DNA of 63,788 nt, the filler included, from Guillardia theta CCMP2712 (taxonomy: Eukaryota > Protista > Cryptophyta), in NCBI RefSeq assembly GCF_000315625.1. It is 7 parts of 7 records of this genome, joined end to end, with 100 filler letters (N's around TTAATTAATTAA, not from the genome) between each part and the next. Parts side by side here need not be neighbours in the genome. Positions count along the whole stretch, not along the records: positions 1 to 26,268 come from NW_005434580.1; positions 26,369 to 36,505 come from NW_005434278.1; 5 more parts are not named here. One strand, 5' to 3'. Of the stretch, positions 15,119-31,299 are shown one piece after another (the first letter of the stretch is position 1; each line of letters opens with the position of its first letter). Made by a program: the position numbers and the translations under genes. The notes beneath the pieces are model-generated. The model searched no databases. It saw only the letters and a program-made list of their open reading frames with translations, and was not told the DNA's origin.

Positions 15119-18097
15119 ATGTCGAGGCTGTTCGACAAGCTCGTTGGTGATCACAGACCGAGCAGTGGCTCACAGGAGAGTCTGAACGCTCTGATACCCA
15201 ACACCGCCGACATCTCACCAGCATCACAAGCGCAAGAGAAGAAAGAGCAAGAGAAGGAGGAGCAGGTCGCTGACGGCAGTGGCGTCAAGGAGAAGGAGCA
15301 AAACCCGAGTGAAGCAGCGTTGACAGCTGACCTGGTGGGGCTACACGTAAGCGAGCGATGCCCTCCTGTCACAGCTCCAACAGTTGACCTCGTGGCTACT
15401 GAGACTAAAGACTCGATGCATCCCTCGTCGTGGTCGAAGATCCTCATGTCAACCACAGAATACTTGGACTTCGTCAAGGTCGATGAGAGTGCCGTCAGGG
15501 TCAAGGATCGCAAGTGCAGCTGCTTCGTATTCCGCGACTTCTCCATCTCACAGTCAGACGTCGTCAAGCTGGAGCCGAGGACGAGGGTCAACAGGTTCTC
15601 CGAGATGAACTCGATAGCTGGGAACAAGTGCAGCCTCTTCCGCCAACTGAATCGCTTGCGAAGGATCTTCCCGTCCTCGTTCGACTTCTTCCCCCCGTCT
15701 TGGAACTTCCCGGCCGAGAGGAAGCTTTTCCAGACTGTTGTCGAGCAGCGCAAGTTTTACATCCTCAAGCCTGGGCAGGGGAGCCAGGGCAAAGGCATCA
15801 AGATAGCCAGGGGTGACTCGGTGATGGGAACGTATGAGAGCATGGGCGCGTCGAGATCTCCCAAGGCTACCAACGACAGTGAGTGTCAGGTGTACCCTCC
15901 ATGTCGTTCTGACTTGCACAGGCCCTCATCGCCCTCCTGCTGTCTCGTCCCCTAAGAAGACCAGCTCGAGTCCAACAGGTCTTGACGATGCTTGTCCGCA
16001 TGCTGCTCAAGAAGCTGGCAGGGGGTCGGAGAGCTCATCCTCAAGTCTGTGTGCAAGTGAGAGCTAGTAGTCGCTGCTCCTGCTCCTGCTGCTCCTGCTC
16101 CTGCTCCTCCTATCTGACTGGTTGGCGACAGGAGGTGATCGAGCCGCAACTCATCGAGCAGTGCAAGTTCGATCTCAGACTCTACGTTATGGTCTCTTTG
16201 CCCTTGTCCTCACTTGCTCCTGACCTCGTCTCCAAGGTTGAGAGCGTCGACCCTCCAAGAGCCTTCCTGTTCCGCTCGGCCATGTTGAGGAGGTACACCG
16301 ATGGGCGGGGTGCGGACTTGACTTTGACATGCTGAAAGATGCATGGAAGAATATCAGCCGCCGCATGCAGATGTGAAGAACAGCAAGTTCTCTGTGTTGA
16401 CAAACACCTCCATCAACAAGAAGTATCAGCCTGAGTGGGCCTCCCGCTCTGCCAGCAGCTCCTGTAAGATGCCGCTGCACACTATGTTCGAGACTCTGCG
16501 AGCAAAGGTGCTCGTCGACGTGCTGTGGTTGCCACTGACGTCAGAGGAAAGGGTGTAGATAGAGATGACCTGTGGAGTTCGATCATGAAGATAGTTGAGA
16601 ACTCTCTCCTCGCACTCTGGCCAAGGTTGCTGCTTCACAACCGCTGTTGTAGAACAGAAGACGGGTCAGAGGTGAGCAAGAGTTTTCAGCTGCTAGGTAG
16701 ACTTTTGTGCACTCTTGTTGGTGGGGACACTTTCTCACCTTACTTCCTTCCTCAGGCTTCGACATCCTGGTGGACAGCAGGAACAAGCCCTTCCTCCTCG
16801 AGATCAATTCGCATCCCTCCATGGCTGTCGAGTCCAGCGTAGACTCTTGCATCAAGCGTCCTGTTCTTGGTTCCCTCCTCCCGTGTCTTCCCTCCTCTGA
16901 CGGCCCGAAGGTGCGATGCTCGGACTTCTCTGCAGGAAGGAGCCCGAGACGCTCGCGGCGATGCTGCCGGAGATGAAGGCCGGGGGATGTTTGTCGCTCT
17001 ACTCCAAGGATGGGATGGAGAAGTCGAAGCAGATGTAGCGGCAGCACACGAGATCCGCGCACGATGCCTGACCTGATCTTGCAGCTGCGATGACGTGAGC
17101 TGGGCAAGGAGGCTGGTGGACCCGGTAGCGATACAGGAGAGCTCTCGAGCTCTGGGGCTCCTCAAAAATGTTCTCCGGGTCTTCGAGGTCTTTCCTGCCT
17201 CCCCCACCTCCCTCCCCTTATCTAGTTGTTGCGCAGAGCATCAAACTCCTTGACTCAAAGAACAAGATCATCTCCAGCTGGCACCCTTGCACGGCCGGCA
17301 ACAACTACTCCGCAGCCGAGAGCGAGTCCCCCAGCAGGATAGGCCCCTACGGGGTCTGGGTCTTTTTCTCAGCTCTGCTGAAGTTGGGGATGGACGAGGA
17401 AGACATTCTTGAGGTCTTTCAGATGGCGAGGCCCAAGAAGCGCCCGGTCAAGACCAAGAGAGATCCTCCTCCTTCCCAGCTGAGCTCCCCCAACGGCAGG
17501 GACAAGCAGCAGGTCAAGGAGAGGGAGGCTGCCTCCTGACCCCGGAGAGCTGAGAAACTCACAGCAGAAGGAGGAGACGGCTGGTCAGCAAACTGCCTTC
17601 GGAGTGTCTCTGCAGGTCACCCCTGTTCTGGGAGTTTGCCCAGCTGACATCCAGCTGGGCAGGAGCTGCAGGAGATGACATGCTCGGGCTGCTGGGGGAT
17701 CAGTTTTGATCGCTTCATCGATGGAATGCTCGACATCGCCGCCTCGATCCAGGTGGCCCCCAGCACCCCCAGCTCCTCTGCGTCACTCCAACTTCCTCTG
17801 CAGGAGTCCAGCTACGGCGACGCGGAGGACAAGCTCAAGGACGATGCACAGGAAGAGGGGCTGATTGCCGAGGTGAGGGAGGCGGGAAGAGGAGGAGGAG
17901 GAGGAGGAGGAGGGCTGAGGACAAGGGATGGCCAGATCATGGAAGGGCTGGTGCTGGCGATCTCGGTGATCATCAACGAGGGTACACTGCCGGATCACGT
18001 GCAACACTTCTTCACGGACTTGTCGTCTGTCCGTCACAGCGAGCTGAGAAACCCCGCGGACTTCTCCTTGTCCATGGAGGAGGCGATTTCGCCGTAA
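15119..18097 (+). CDS. TTLL: Tubulin-tyrosine ligase-like protein (TTLL6/7/11/13-type polyglutamylase), multi-exon
   Basis: ATP-grasp TTL motifs: RVNRFSEM..K..L...L.RL...FP..FDFFP.SW, YILKPGQGSQGKGI, KFDLRLYVM, LTNTSINK and FQLLG/FDILVDSRNKPFLLEINSHPSM. Confidence 0.88.
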
Positions 18098-19022
18098 CAG
18101 AGTTGTCAGTGGCAGTAGCGGAGGAGGAGGAGGAGGAGCAAGGGGGAGAATGAAAGGAGGAGGAGGAGGGGGAGAGGAGGAGGGGGAGAGGAGGAGGGGG
18201 AGAGGAGGAGGGGGAGAGGAGGAGGGGGAGAGGAGGAGGGGGAGAGGAGGAGGGGGAGAGGAGGAGGAGGAGAGGAGGAGAGAGGAGGAGAGAGGAGGGG
18301 AGAGAGAGAGAGGAGGAGGAGGAGGAGGAGGAGAGAGGAGAGAGAGAGGAGGGANNNNNNNNNNNNNNNNNNNNNNNNNNNNNNNNNNNNNNNNNNNNNN
18401 NNNNNNNNNNNNNNNNNNNNNNNNNNNNNNNNNNNNNNNNNNNNNNNNNNNNNNTCGAACGCATATCAACGCCCCTCGAAGTTTTAGACGGATTTGCGGA
18501 GGAAATAGTTCTTCTGATTGCAGCCGCTCGACTAGTCGCGAATTTGCGACTCTGCATTTCCCTGCATACAATACGGCCTCTCCTCGATCTCCGACTGCTT
18601 CGTCTAGTACCGGAACCGCAGGAGGAGGGGGAGATATAGTTACCAAGGACGGCAAGGATGGTGAACAAACGGAGAACTCAGTCGTGATGTCCTCGATGCT
18701 TGTCGTCTGCTCTGAGGCTGTTGATATTGTTTTCTTGCGCCTTGTCAAACAGAGGAAGAGACGAGAAGAACCACGAAGACTCTCATGATGCTTTCCCCTT
18801 GGAATCGTGATATTTTGTGCAATCAGGACATGAAAAATGAAGCTTTAGGATGGAATTTATGTCTTGACTGATAACAGCAGGTTTTGTGCGGTACTAGTGA
18901 CAACACAAAAAGGACATCTTTGTGTTTCTATTCTACATCGTTGTCATCATGTACCATAAGGGATAGATAGATCTTGGAAATTTCTCCTCCTCCATCCCCT
19001 CCCTTCTTCGCTCCTCCTCCTC

Positions 19023-21839
19023 CTACTGCAGCATGTCGCTCAAACTCTTCAGCAGCCGCAGCGCCAGTCTGCTCCCTCCATCCCCATCTTGTTCATCTCC
19101 CTCCAGCTGCAGCAGCTGACGAATCTGCTGGGGGACCGACGGCTGGCCGTTCAACCTGACCGACTCCAGCTGGACCCTCTCGATCTTCCCGTCCTCCCCT
19201 AGCAGCACCCTCGACTGAACCTCCACCTTCACTCTCAGCAGCCTGTTCAGCCCCTGCTCCTCCCCCAGCTCCCCGTTTCCGAGCGGCGTTCGTAGATTCA
19301 GCTGGTACTCGCTCGCCAGCAAGAGCTCGTCCGACGGCAGATGCTGCAGCGTCACCTTCGCCTCCCTCGACTCTTGCAGCCCAGCTCGCGCCAGCAGCCG
19401 CCGCATCCTCCGCGTTAGCACAAGAAAGTCTTCCCTCCCCGACACCAGAGTCTCCCCGAGTTGCCCGACGATGAGGAGGGAGGAGCTGTAGGCTCTGGGG
19501 TTCGAGGGGGGGGCGGCCAGCAGCTGCCTGACGTCAGCATGCAGTGCGTGCAACGAGATCCAGAAGTTTCGCACATACGCCTGATCGCTGCTCTGCTCCT
19601 CCTCCTTGCCCAGCTCGTCCTCACGTAGCGCCTCCCTCTCTGCCGCCGACAGGTCCGATCCCGACCCCCAGCCCACCGGGTTCCAGGCTCGGGCGAGCAG
19701 GTCGGCAGGGGAGGCAAGGCTAGCGAAGGGGCCCTGAAAGATCGGGGTGAGGAAGAGAGCGAGGTCCGAAGACCGCACGTCCTCGTCCCTGACCCTCAGC
19801 GAGCTGATTCGGTGGAGGACGACTTGGAGCCTGTCCTTGGAGGAGGGCCGTAGGAGGAAGGCCGACTTCACGCTGACTGTAAGCTCTCCTTGGGAGGATG
19901 AGGATGAGGATGAGGATGAGGATGAGGATGAGGAGGAGGAGGAGGAGACATTCTGAGCCCTCCAGAAGCTCTCGAGCCCCGAGAGCAAGTCAGTCACGAG
20001 TGATTTCTCTCTGCTCACAGAGGATCTCTGCCCCGTCCTTGCCTTGTACGCGCGCCACTGTGAGACGGTCGCTCCCGGCCCTCGACTCTTCCTGAACTCC
20101 ATCCAGCTGCCCCCCGAGGAAGAGTCTCTTGCAGGACGAGTTGCCCATGCTGCTGTGGCGCTGTAGTTGAAGACAACATCCACGGATACCTCCTCCTGAT
20201 CCTGCTCCTCTTCCTCCTCCCGCTCCCGCCCTGTGTTGAACCACCTGCCATTGAGCGAGAGGTCGAAGGACGAGCGCGGGGAGGAGACTACTCCCGCGTC
20301 CAGCAGCAGAGCTTGCATCTGTGCCAGCCCCTTCCACCAGTTGAGGTAGCGCGAACGTCCGCTACTGATACTCCTCCCCTCCTCATCCTCTAGCCTGACG
20401 CTGTCCGACAGCCACCCTCCCTCAGCCATCCTCTCCCACCCGCTCGCAAGCAGCTCCGGAAGGTCTTGCTCGAGCTCGTTGGCGAACCTGTGCAGGTCGA
20501 GGAAGAGAGGAAAGGAGGAGGAACCGGGAACAGGGAGGGCGTCTCGGGGCTGTTTCGGAGGAAGGCGAGGGGATAGCCTCAGGCGAGTTGAAGAGGAGGA
20601 GAGGGGGAGAGAGGCCTGTACAAGCTCTACAGCAACTGCAGCAGCCCCGACGAGGTCTCCATTGAGGGAGAGTCTGATCCAGCGGAGGAGGCGGGGGACA
20701 AGAGCAGTCTGTCCTGCTATCAGCACCTCCTCTACCCGATGCTCCCTTATCCTCCCCTCGTCGTTGACTAGGTACTTAGATCGGATCTCCACCGGGAGGA
20801 GACTCGGCTCTATCAGCCCTGCTCCGGCGAGGCTGTTGGGAGGGAGGAGGAGAGGAAGCGATATGACTGCACTGGCAAAGATCTCGTCTCCTCCTCCTCC
20901 TCCTCTTCCTCCTCCTGCTCTTTGTCCTGAAGCTGCTGCTGCTGCTGCTGCTCCTCCTCCTCCCTTCTTGTCTGTCCTCGAGTATGAAGTGGAGGACCAA
21001 ACCCTGACGTCAATCCTCTTCTCTGCTCCTGGAGGAGCAGGCAAAGCGCGGAAGCTCTCCAGCACCTGCAGGTACTGCTGGCGACCCGAGCAAGAGAACC
21101 CCCCCAGCGCTTCTCCCCCAAGGAAGACGTTCTTGGCATAGATGGAGGGGGAGAGAGACTGAGACTGCAGCATGGGAAGCTCCTTCCTTAACAGCTCACA
21201 TGCCTCGTGCATACCAGCGTACTTGATGACGGCCTTCGCATCAAGTCTTGGTCTCCCATGTACCTNNNNNNNNNNNNNNNNNNNNNNNNNNNNNNNNNNN
21301 NNNNNNNNNNNNNNNNNNNNNNNNNNNNNNNNNNNNNNNNNNNNNNNNNNNNNNNNNNNNNNNNNNNNNNNNNNNNNNNNNNNNNNNNNNNNNNNNNNNN
21401 NNNNNNNNNNNNNNNNNNNNNNNNNNNNNNNNNNNNNNNNNNNNNNNNNNNNNNNNNNNNNNNNNNNNNNNNNNNNNNNNNNNNNNNNNNNNNNNNNNNN
21501 NNNNNNNNNNNNNNNNNNNNNNNNNNNNNNNNNNNNNNNNNNNNNNNNNNNNNNNNNNNNNNNNNNNNNNNNNNNNNNNNNNNNNNNNNNNCGCCGCCCC
21601 CGCCGCCGCCTGTGGTGGAGGAGTCGTTGACCATGATCGTGTTGATGTTGATGTTGATGCAGCAGCAGCGGCCGCCGCAGCAGCAGCTGCATCATCAGCA
21701 GCAGCAGAGGGAGGAGGAGGAGGAGCAGGCGGGGGCGAGCAAGCAGCTGGAGGAGGAGGAGGAGGAGGAGGAGGAGGAGGAGGAGGAGGAGGAGGAGGAG
21801 GAGGAGGGAGGGGAGGGGAGGGAGCGACGTATCGCCATG
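19023..21839 (-). CDS. Protein with three tandem NTF2/SnoaL-like (DUF2358-like) modules; 5' end obscured by a gap and GAG repeats
   Basis: Long ORF 19023-21695. Three similar blocks: LRKELP..IYAKNV..SGRQQY..KYLVNDEGRIREH; LEQDLP..LSDSVRL..SGRSRY; LHADV..YSSSL..SGREDF..LGEDGKIERV. Confidence 0.55.
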   Translation of the reverse strand, partial: HGDTSLPPLPSLLLLLLLLLLLLLLLLLLLQLLARPRLLLLLLPLLLLMMQLLLRRPLLLHQHQHQHDHGQRLLHHRRRRGRXXXXXXXXXXXXXXXXXXXXXXXXXXXXXXXXXXXXXXXXXXXXXXXXXXXXXXXXXXXXXXXXXXXXXXXXXXXXXXXXXXXXXXXXXXXXXXXXXXXXXXXXXXXXXXVHGRPRLDAKAVIKYAGMHEACELLRKELPMLQSQSLSPSIYAKNVFLGGEALGGFSCSGRQQYLQVLESFRALPAPPGAEKRIDVRVWSSTSYSRTDKKGGGGAAAAAAASGQRAGGGRGGGGGDEIFASAVISLPLLLPPNSLAGAGLIEPSLLPVEIRSKYLVNDEGRIREHRVEEVLIAGQTALVPRLLRWIRLSLNGDLVGAAAVAVELVQASLPLSSSSTRLRLSPRLPPKQPRDALPVPGSSSFPLFLDLHRFANELEQDLPELLASGWERMAEGGWLSDSVRLEDEEGRSISSGRSRYLNWWKGLAQMQALLLDAGVVSSPRSSFDLSLNGRWFNTGREREEEEEQDQEEVSVDVVFNYSATAAWATRPARDSSSGGSWMEFRKSRGPGATVSQWRAYKARTGQRSSVSREKSLVTDLLSGLESFWRAQNVSSSSSSSSSSSSSSSSSSQGELTVSVKSAFLLRPSSKDRLQVVLHRISSLRVRDEDVRSSDLALFLTPIFQGPFASLASPADLLARAWNPVGWGSGSDLSAAEREALREDELGKEEEQSSDQAYVRNFWISLHALHADVRQLLAAPPSNPRAYSSSLLIVGQLGETLVSGREDFLVLTRRMRRLLARAGLQESREAKVTLQHLPSDELLLASEYQLNLRTPLGNGELGEEQGLNRLLRVKVEVQSRVLLGEDGKIERVQLESVRLNGQPSVPQQIRQLLQLEGDEQDGDGGSRLALRLLKSLSDMLQ

Positions 21840-22164
21840 TCAGCCCTGTTTTTGAGTACCCCCGTATTCCCCTTGACTACCCTGCCCAGGGTGGGGTGAG
21901 AAAGCGCCCGACAGGAATCCTGATTGAGACGGCCTGAAGTTTCACTAGGGAGGAGGAGGAGGAGGAGGAGGGAGAGGAGGAGGAAGACGAGGAAGAGGAC
22001 GAAGAGGACCATGACGAGGAGAACGATGGACGACGATGGAGGAAGGGGATGGGTATGGGAGATGCAGGCAGAGCGAGCGAGATAGATGCAGTGGACGAGT
22101 GGTGGGGTGGAATGAGGAGGAGTTGAGAGAGGGGGCCCGGTTGGGTACATGAGCTCTACTTGAG

Positions 22165-27100
<4,936 letters not shown>

Positions 27101-27224
27101 AAACTTCATTAAGCAACAGAATATGAAACTATCAAATTATCTTCTCTTTCTCTTCCTTCCTCCTCCTCCCTTGTAGCAGCTCACCAGCATCCGTTGTCCC
27201 TTATCTTCGTCCTCCTCCCTCTCC

Positions 27225-30134
27225 TCACTTGCTCTTGCTCGTGGCGTTCACGTTGCGGGAGATCGCAGACGTCGGTCGCGTGCTCGTCGGCTTGAACAGA
27301 GGCTGAGACACGATCGTCCTCCTCTCCTCTACCTGCTTCCCGTCCACCTGCTTCCCAGCTGACCCCTTGCTCCCCTCCAGCACCCGGCGAAGGAACTTGA
27401 ACGTCAACGTCGCGCTCAACGTCCCCACCACCTGCCCTCTGTGTACGGCGTCGAGGTCGAGGACGCGCTCGAGCTGGTCCCTTGCCGAGGTCGAGCTAGA
27501 CGCGAGCTGCTCCTTGTGCTGGGGAGAGAGGAAGCTCTCGATGTCTTGTCGGAAGTTGTAGCGGCAGGCGGCGACGATCGTGTCCTGCTCGTCGAGCAGC
27601 TGGAAGGAGAGGGAGGAGAACGTTGCGTTCACCTCCTCCACCGCAAAAGTCTCCTGCCACTCCACCAGGTTCTCCTCCTGCTGGCTCAAGCCGGTGCACA
27701 AGGAGAGAGAGCAGCCCACAACCTCCAGGCGGCACATGAGGGAGGAGGAGGAGGAGGAGGAGGAGAAGCTGAGAGAATCGATCTTGAGGCTGCCAACCGT
27801 CACAGGCGGAGGCACCTCCCCCAGCTGGATGTTGTACTTCATCAGCTCAACCTCCAGCCCCAGCAGCTTCTCCCTCTGCAGCTCCAGCATCCCCGTCTGC
27901 TCCCTCTCGATCCCCTCCAGCTCCGCCCTCGACGCGCTCACCTGCTGCTGCAGGCTCGCGAGCTTCGTGTGCAGCTTGAGGGTTCGGTTGCTCAGCTCCT
28001 TCTCCTTCGCCGCCCGGCGACTCAGCGCGTCATGCAGCCTCGAGCGCTCCTTGTCGATGCTCTCCGTCACCTCCGTCACCCTCTGCTCCTTGGCGCTGAT
28101 CTCCAGGTGCATGAGCGAGGTTCGCTCCTGTATCTCCACCAGTCGTTCCGCATGCACATTGGCCGCGTCGTCCCCCTCCTCCGCCTGCCGTTTCCTCTCC
28201 TCCTCCATCGCCCTGCTGCTCTCCTCTATCTCTAGCAGCTTCGCCTCCTGCACGGAGAGCTTGGGCTCCAGGCTCTGCAGTCGGCTGAGCTCCTTCTTCA
28301 GCCTCGGCACCGCGTTCTGGTTGTACTTGACCACGTTGGAGGAGATCTGCTGCTCAAGAGCTGAAAAGTTGGCGTAGTTGATGTCGTTCCAAGACACGTC
28401 CAGCTCAGTCAGCGTCTTGTTAGCGCGGAGGGCGACCACTAGGGCCGAGCCAGTCTTGTCATGGAACATGTTGGACTTGAGCGACAGCTGCAGCAGCACG
28501 CCGTTCCTCCCCAGCCCCTGCGCGATCTCGACGCCTCCTCGGTCCCCGATCAAATTCTTCTCCAGGTTCAGCGAGGTCAAGCTCGCGTTCGACTGCAGCA
28601 TCTTCGACACAGCCACCCCCCCGTAGTCGCCGATCTGGTTGGAGCTCAGGTCGAGGCTCTTCAGCGAGCTGTTCTCTGCCAGCTTCCGCATCAGCATCAG
28701 CGTTCCTTCGTCCCCGATGTTGTTCTCCCCCAGCGCCAGCAGCGTCACGTTGCACTTGTTCAGGCTCCCGCTCAGGCTGGTGCAGCCGGTCGCCCCCAGC
28801 TCGTTCCCAGCTAATTGCAGCTCCGACAGCAACCGATTGTTCTCCAGCCCTGCCGCAAGAAGCGCCGCAGCCTTGGGGCCGACGAGGTTGCCGGAGAGGT
28901 TGAGGCTTCGCAGGAGCAGCGAGTCGGAGGAGAGCATCTTGGCGATGCTCGCGCAGCCCTGATGTCCGACCTGATTGCTCGACAGGTTGAGCGTCTCCAG
29001 CGAGGCCCCGGACAGGAAGGCGGAGGCGAAGAGGGAAGCCACTTCTCCTCTGATCTTGTTCATCGACAGGTCCAGATGCTTCACGCGTGTGTTGTGCTCG
29101 AACCCCTCCGCTATCGCCCTGCATCCCTCGCTCCCGAAGTTGTTCCCTGCCAGCGACAGGCTCGTCAGCGTCTCATTTCCCCTGAGCGCCCCCGCCAGGT
29201 CCCGCGCGCAGGGTCGACCGATGCGGTTCTTCCGCCCGTTGTCCACGAGGCCCAGGTCCAGCGTCTCCAGGCAGCCGTTGAGCTTCAGCGCGGCGAACAG
29301 AGCGCTGGCTCCCTCGGACCCGATCTCGTTCGAGCTCAGCACTAGAGTTCGGATCGACCTGCTCTCCGCCAGCATGCCCGCCAGCGTCTTCGCGCCCTCG
29401 TCCTTGATCGTGTTGCCCCCGAGGTCCACGTGCGTGTAGGTCGGGTGTGATCGCAGCAGCTCGGCGACGGCGGTCGCGCCATGGCCGCCGAGCCCCGCCT
29501 CTCGCATCAACAGCCTGTTGCCCTGCACCTGCGGGGCAGACGTAGAGAGGAAGCGCTCGAGCCTCTCCTCCGTGGGCTTCACGTTGAGGTCCAGCGACTT
29601 GGCGGCATACACTCTGATCAACCCCACCACAAGGGAAGACTCCATCTTCCAGCTGGCCCCCACCACCGTCATGTGGGTGGCGTTGAGGAAGGGGTGGGCC
29701 CTGTACAAGGGAGCGAGAGACGCCGCGAGGCTCATCTGCATGGAGGCGACTGAAGGCTCGGGGAGCGACCTCCTCGGAGTGAACCTGACTTCGCTGAGGG
29801 GTTTCTTGGGGAGGAAGGCAGACTGAGGTCTTGCTGCCTTCTTCGTCCCTCCTCCTCCTGCTCCTCCTGCCTTGGGAGTAGGCAGTCCACCATTCTTGTC
29901 TCCCTCCTTGTCGCTCTCTCTGATCAGGTTTGGCAACCAAGACGTCTTGGGGCGACGTTGGTCATCAGAGACCGCAAGGCTCTTATCCACAGCAACATGC
30001 TGCGAGTCCTTCTCACGCTTGCCAAGGGGTTGGAGGAGAGGGCGAGAGGTCTCCTTGCTGATCTCCTTGCTGATCTCCTTGCTGATCTCTTGCTCCATGT
30101 GAGCTATCCCTACCCCCGAGGTGACTTCTTTCAT
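27225..30134 (-). CDS. RNI-like leucine-rich-repeat protein (about 14 LRRs of 28 aa) with a coiled coil and a possible C2-like C-terminal domain
   Basis: 969-aa intronless ORF with LxxLxLxxNxIGxxG repeats (VDLGGNTIKDEGA, LVLSSNEIGSEGA, LDLSSNQIGDYGG and others), then a heptad-rich region, then WQETF...LSFQLLD. Confidence 0.88.
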   Translation of the reverse strand: MKEVTSGVGIAHMEQEISKEISKEISKETSRPLLQPLGKREKDSQHVAVDKSLAVSDDQRRPKTSWLPNLIRESDKEGDKNGGLPTPKAGGAGGGGTKKAARPQSAFLPKKPLSEVRFTPRRSLPEPSVASMQMSLAASLAPLYRAHPFLNATHMTVVGASWKMESSLVVGLIRVYAAKSLDLNVKPTEERLERFLSTSAPQVQGNRLLMREAGLGGHGATAVAELLRSHPTYTHVDLGGNTIKDEGAKTLAGMLAESRSIRTLVLSSNEIGSEGASALFAALKLNGCLETLDLGLVDNGRKNRIGRPCARDLAGALRGNETLTSLSLAGNNFGSEGCRAIAEGFEHNTRVKHLDLSMNKIRGEVASLFASAFLSGASLETLNLSSNQVGHQGCASIAKMLSSDSLLLRSLNLSGNLVGPKAAALLAAGLENNRLLSELQLAGNELGATGCTSLSGSLNKCNVTLLALGENNIGDEGTLMLMRKLAENSSLKSLDLSSNQIGDYGGVAVSKMLQSNASLTSLNLEKNLIGDRGGVEIAQGLGRNGVLLQLSLKSNMFHDKTGSALVVALRANKTLTELDVSWNDINYANFSALEQQISSNVVKYNQNAVPRLKKELSRLQSLEPKLSVQEAKLLEIEESSRAMEEERKRQAEEGDDAANVHAERLVEIQERTSLMHLEISAKEQRVTEVTESIDKERSRLHDALSRRAAKEKELSNRTLKLHTKLASLQQQVSASRAELEGIEREQTGMLELQREKLLGLEVELMKYNIQLGEVPPPVTVGSLKIDSLSFSSSSSSSSLMCRLEVVGCSLSLCTGLSQQEENLVEWQETFAVEEVNATFSSLSFQLLDEQDTIVAACRYNFRQDIESFLSPQHKEQLASSSTSARDQLERVLDLDAVHRGQVVGTLSATLTFKFLRRVLEGSKGSAGKQVDGKQVEERRTIVSQPLFKPTSTRPTSAISRNVNATSKSK

Positions 30135-31299
30135 TTTATGACGTTGACCTCAATCTTGACTTGATCATTCTTGGCAGCTGGAATCAAAACTCGTCAAACA
30201 AGCTCAAAAGATTTCCGTCTTCTTTCGCTCTACTTAATATTCCTCATGCTCGTTCTCATGTCCTCTCAAGGACCGCATGATCTGGTACAGATTTCAGGCA
30301 ATTTCCTTCCATCTTCGATTTTGAACAATTTCATATCACATCTGTCAATATTTGGCGAAAACAATCGAGTCATCGATGTTTCTTTCCCTGAGCTGGCTAA
30401 TCGCTAGACCGACTATTTCTCTTCTCATCAGCAAGGCTGCTTACAGGATGGGAACGTGTCTGAAGACATACAAACTTTTAATATCCTCCAGGAAAAGGAT
30501 TTTGTCCTCGAACGATTATTATTGCCAATTCAATCCTCCTTTCATCGGAGTCTTCGTCTTCCTTCCCTGATTTCTAACGTAGCACTCCCCTCTCACTGCA
30601 ACCTCCTCCTCCTTCTCCTTCTCCTCCTCCTCCTCCTCCTCCTCCTCCTCCTCCTGCTCTCCCCGTTCCCTGCATGGTCACTACCCCCAAACTTTAACCC
30701 CCACCCCCTCTTCAGCAATGTCTCGGCTCATACCCTACCCCAGGGGATCCCGACTCAGCCCCTACCACCCGTGACATTCATAGAGCACCCCACTGCCATC
30801 AAGGTTCTCTATATGAGCACCGTCGGAATCCTCAGTACCTCACGATCTGCCGCACCCCTCCCTGTTCACCTAACACCCCACCCCCTTCTCAACACCTTTT
30901 CAGCAACGACACCCCCCCTCCATGTACTCCTACCCCCCTTCCAACTTATGAATTCGGTCCCCAACTTGCCAACGGACTATAGGCCCGTTGAAAACAATCG
31001 AGTCGAATTAATTCAAATCATGATTCAAAAATCGATTTAATTCACAGGCCGAACCCCCGGCGCTTCCAGGACCTTCAACTCAGCCGGGCGGCACTGCAGC
31101 GACTCTCAACGACCGGACTAGGACTGGCCCGGCCCGGCGGCCCGGTCTGTGGTAGATGTGAGGCCCGGGGATCGCCGGAGAATGAGCGACAGATTGAAGC
31201 TTCTCAGTTCATCTTAAGTTTATTGGTCTGGCTTGTCCTCACATGGTCAGGTCACCTTGATCACATCAGCATGGCACCAACACTCAACTCCACATCGCC

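Noticed and set aside
27441-29940. Overlapping and antisense ORFs over the LRR gene (likewise over the cyclase and TTLL)
   Set aside because: Shadow ORFs caused by high GC3 codon bias; no recognisable motifs.
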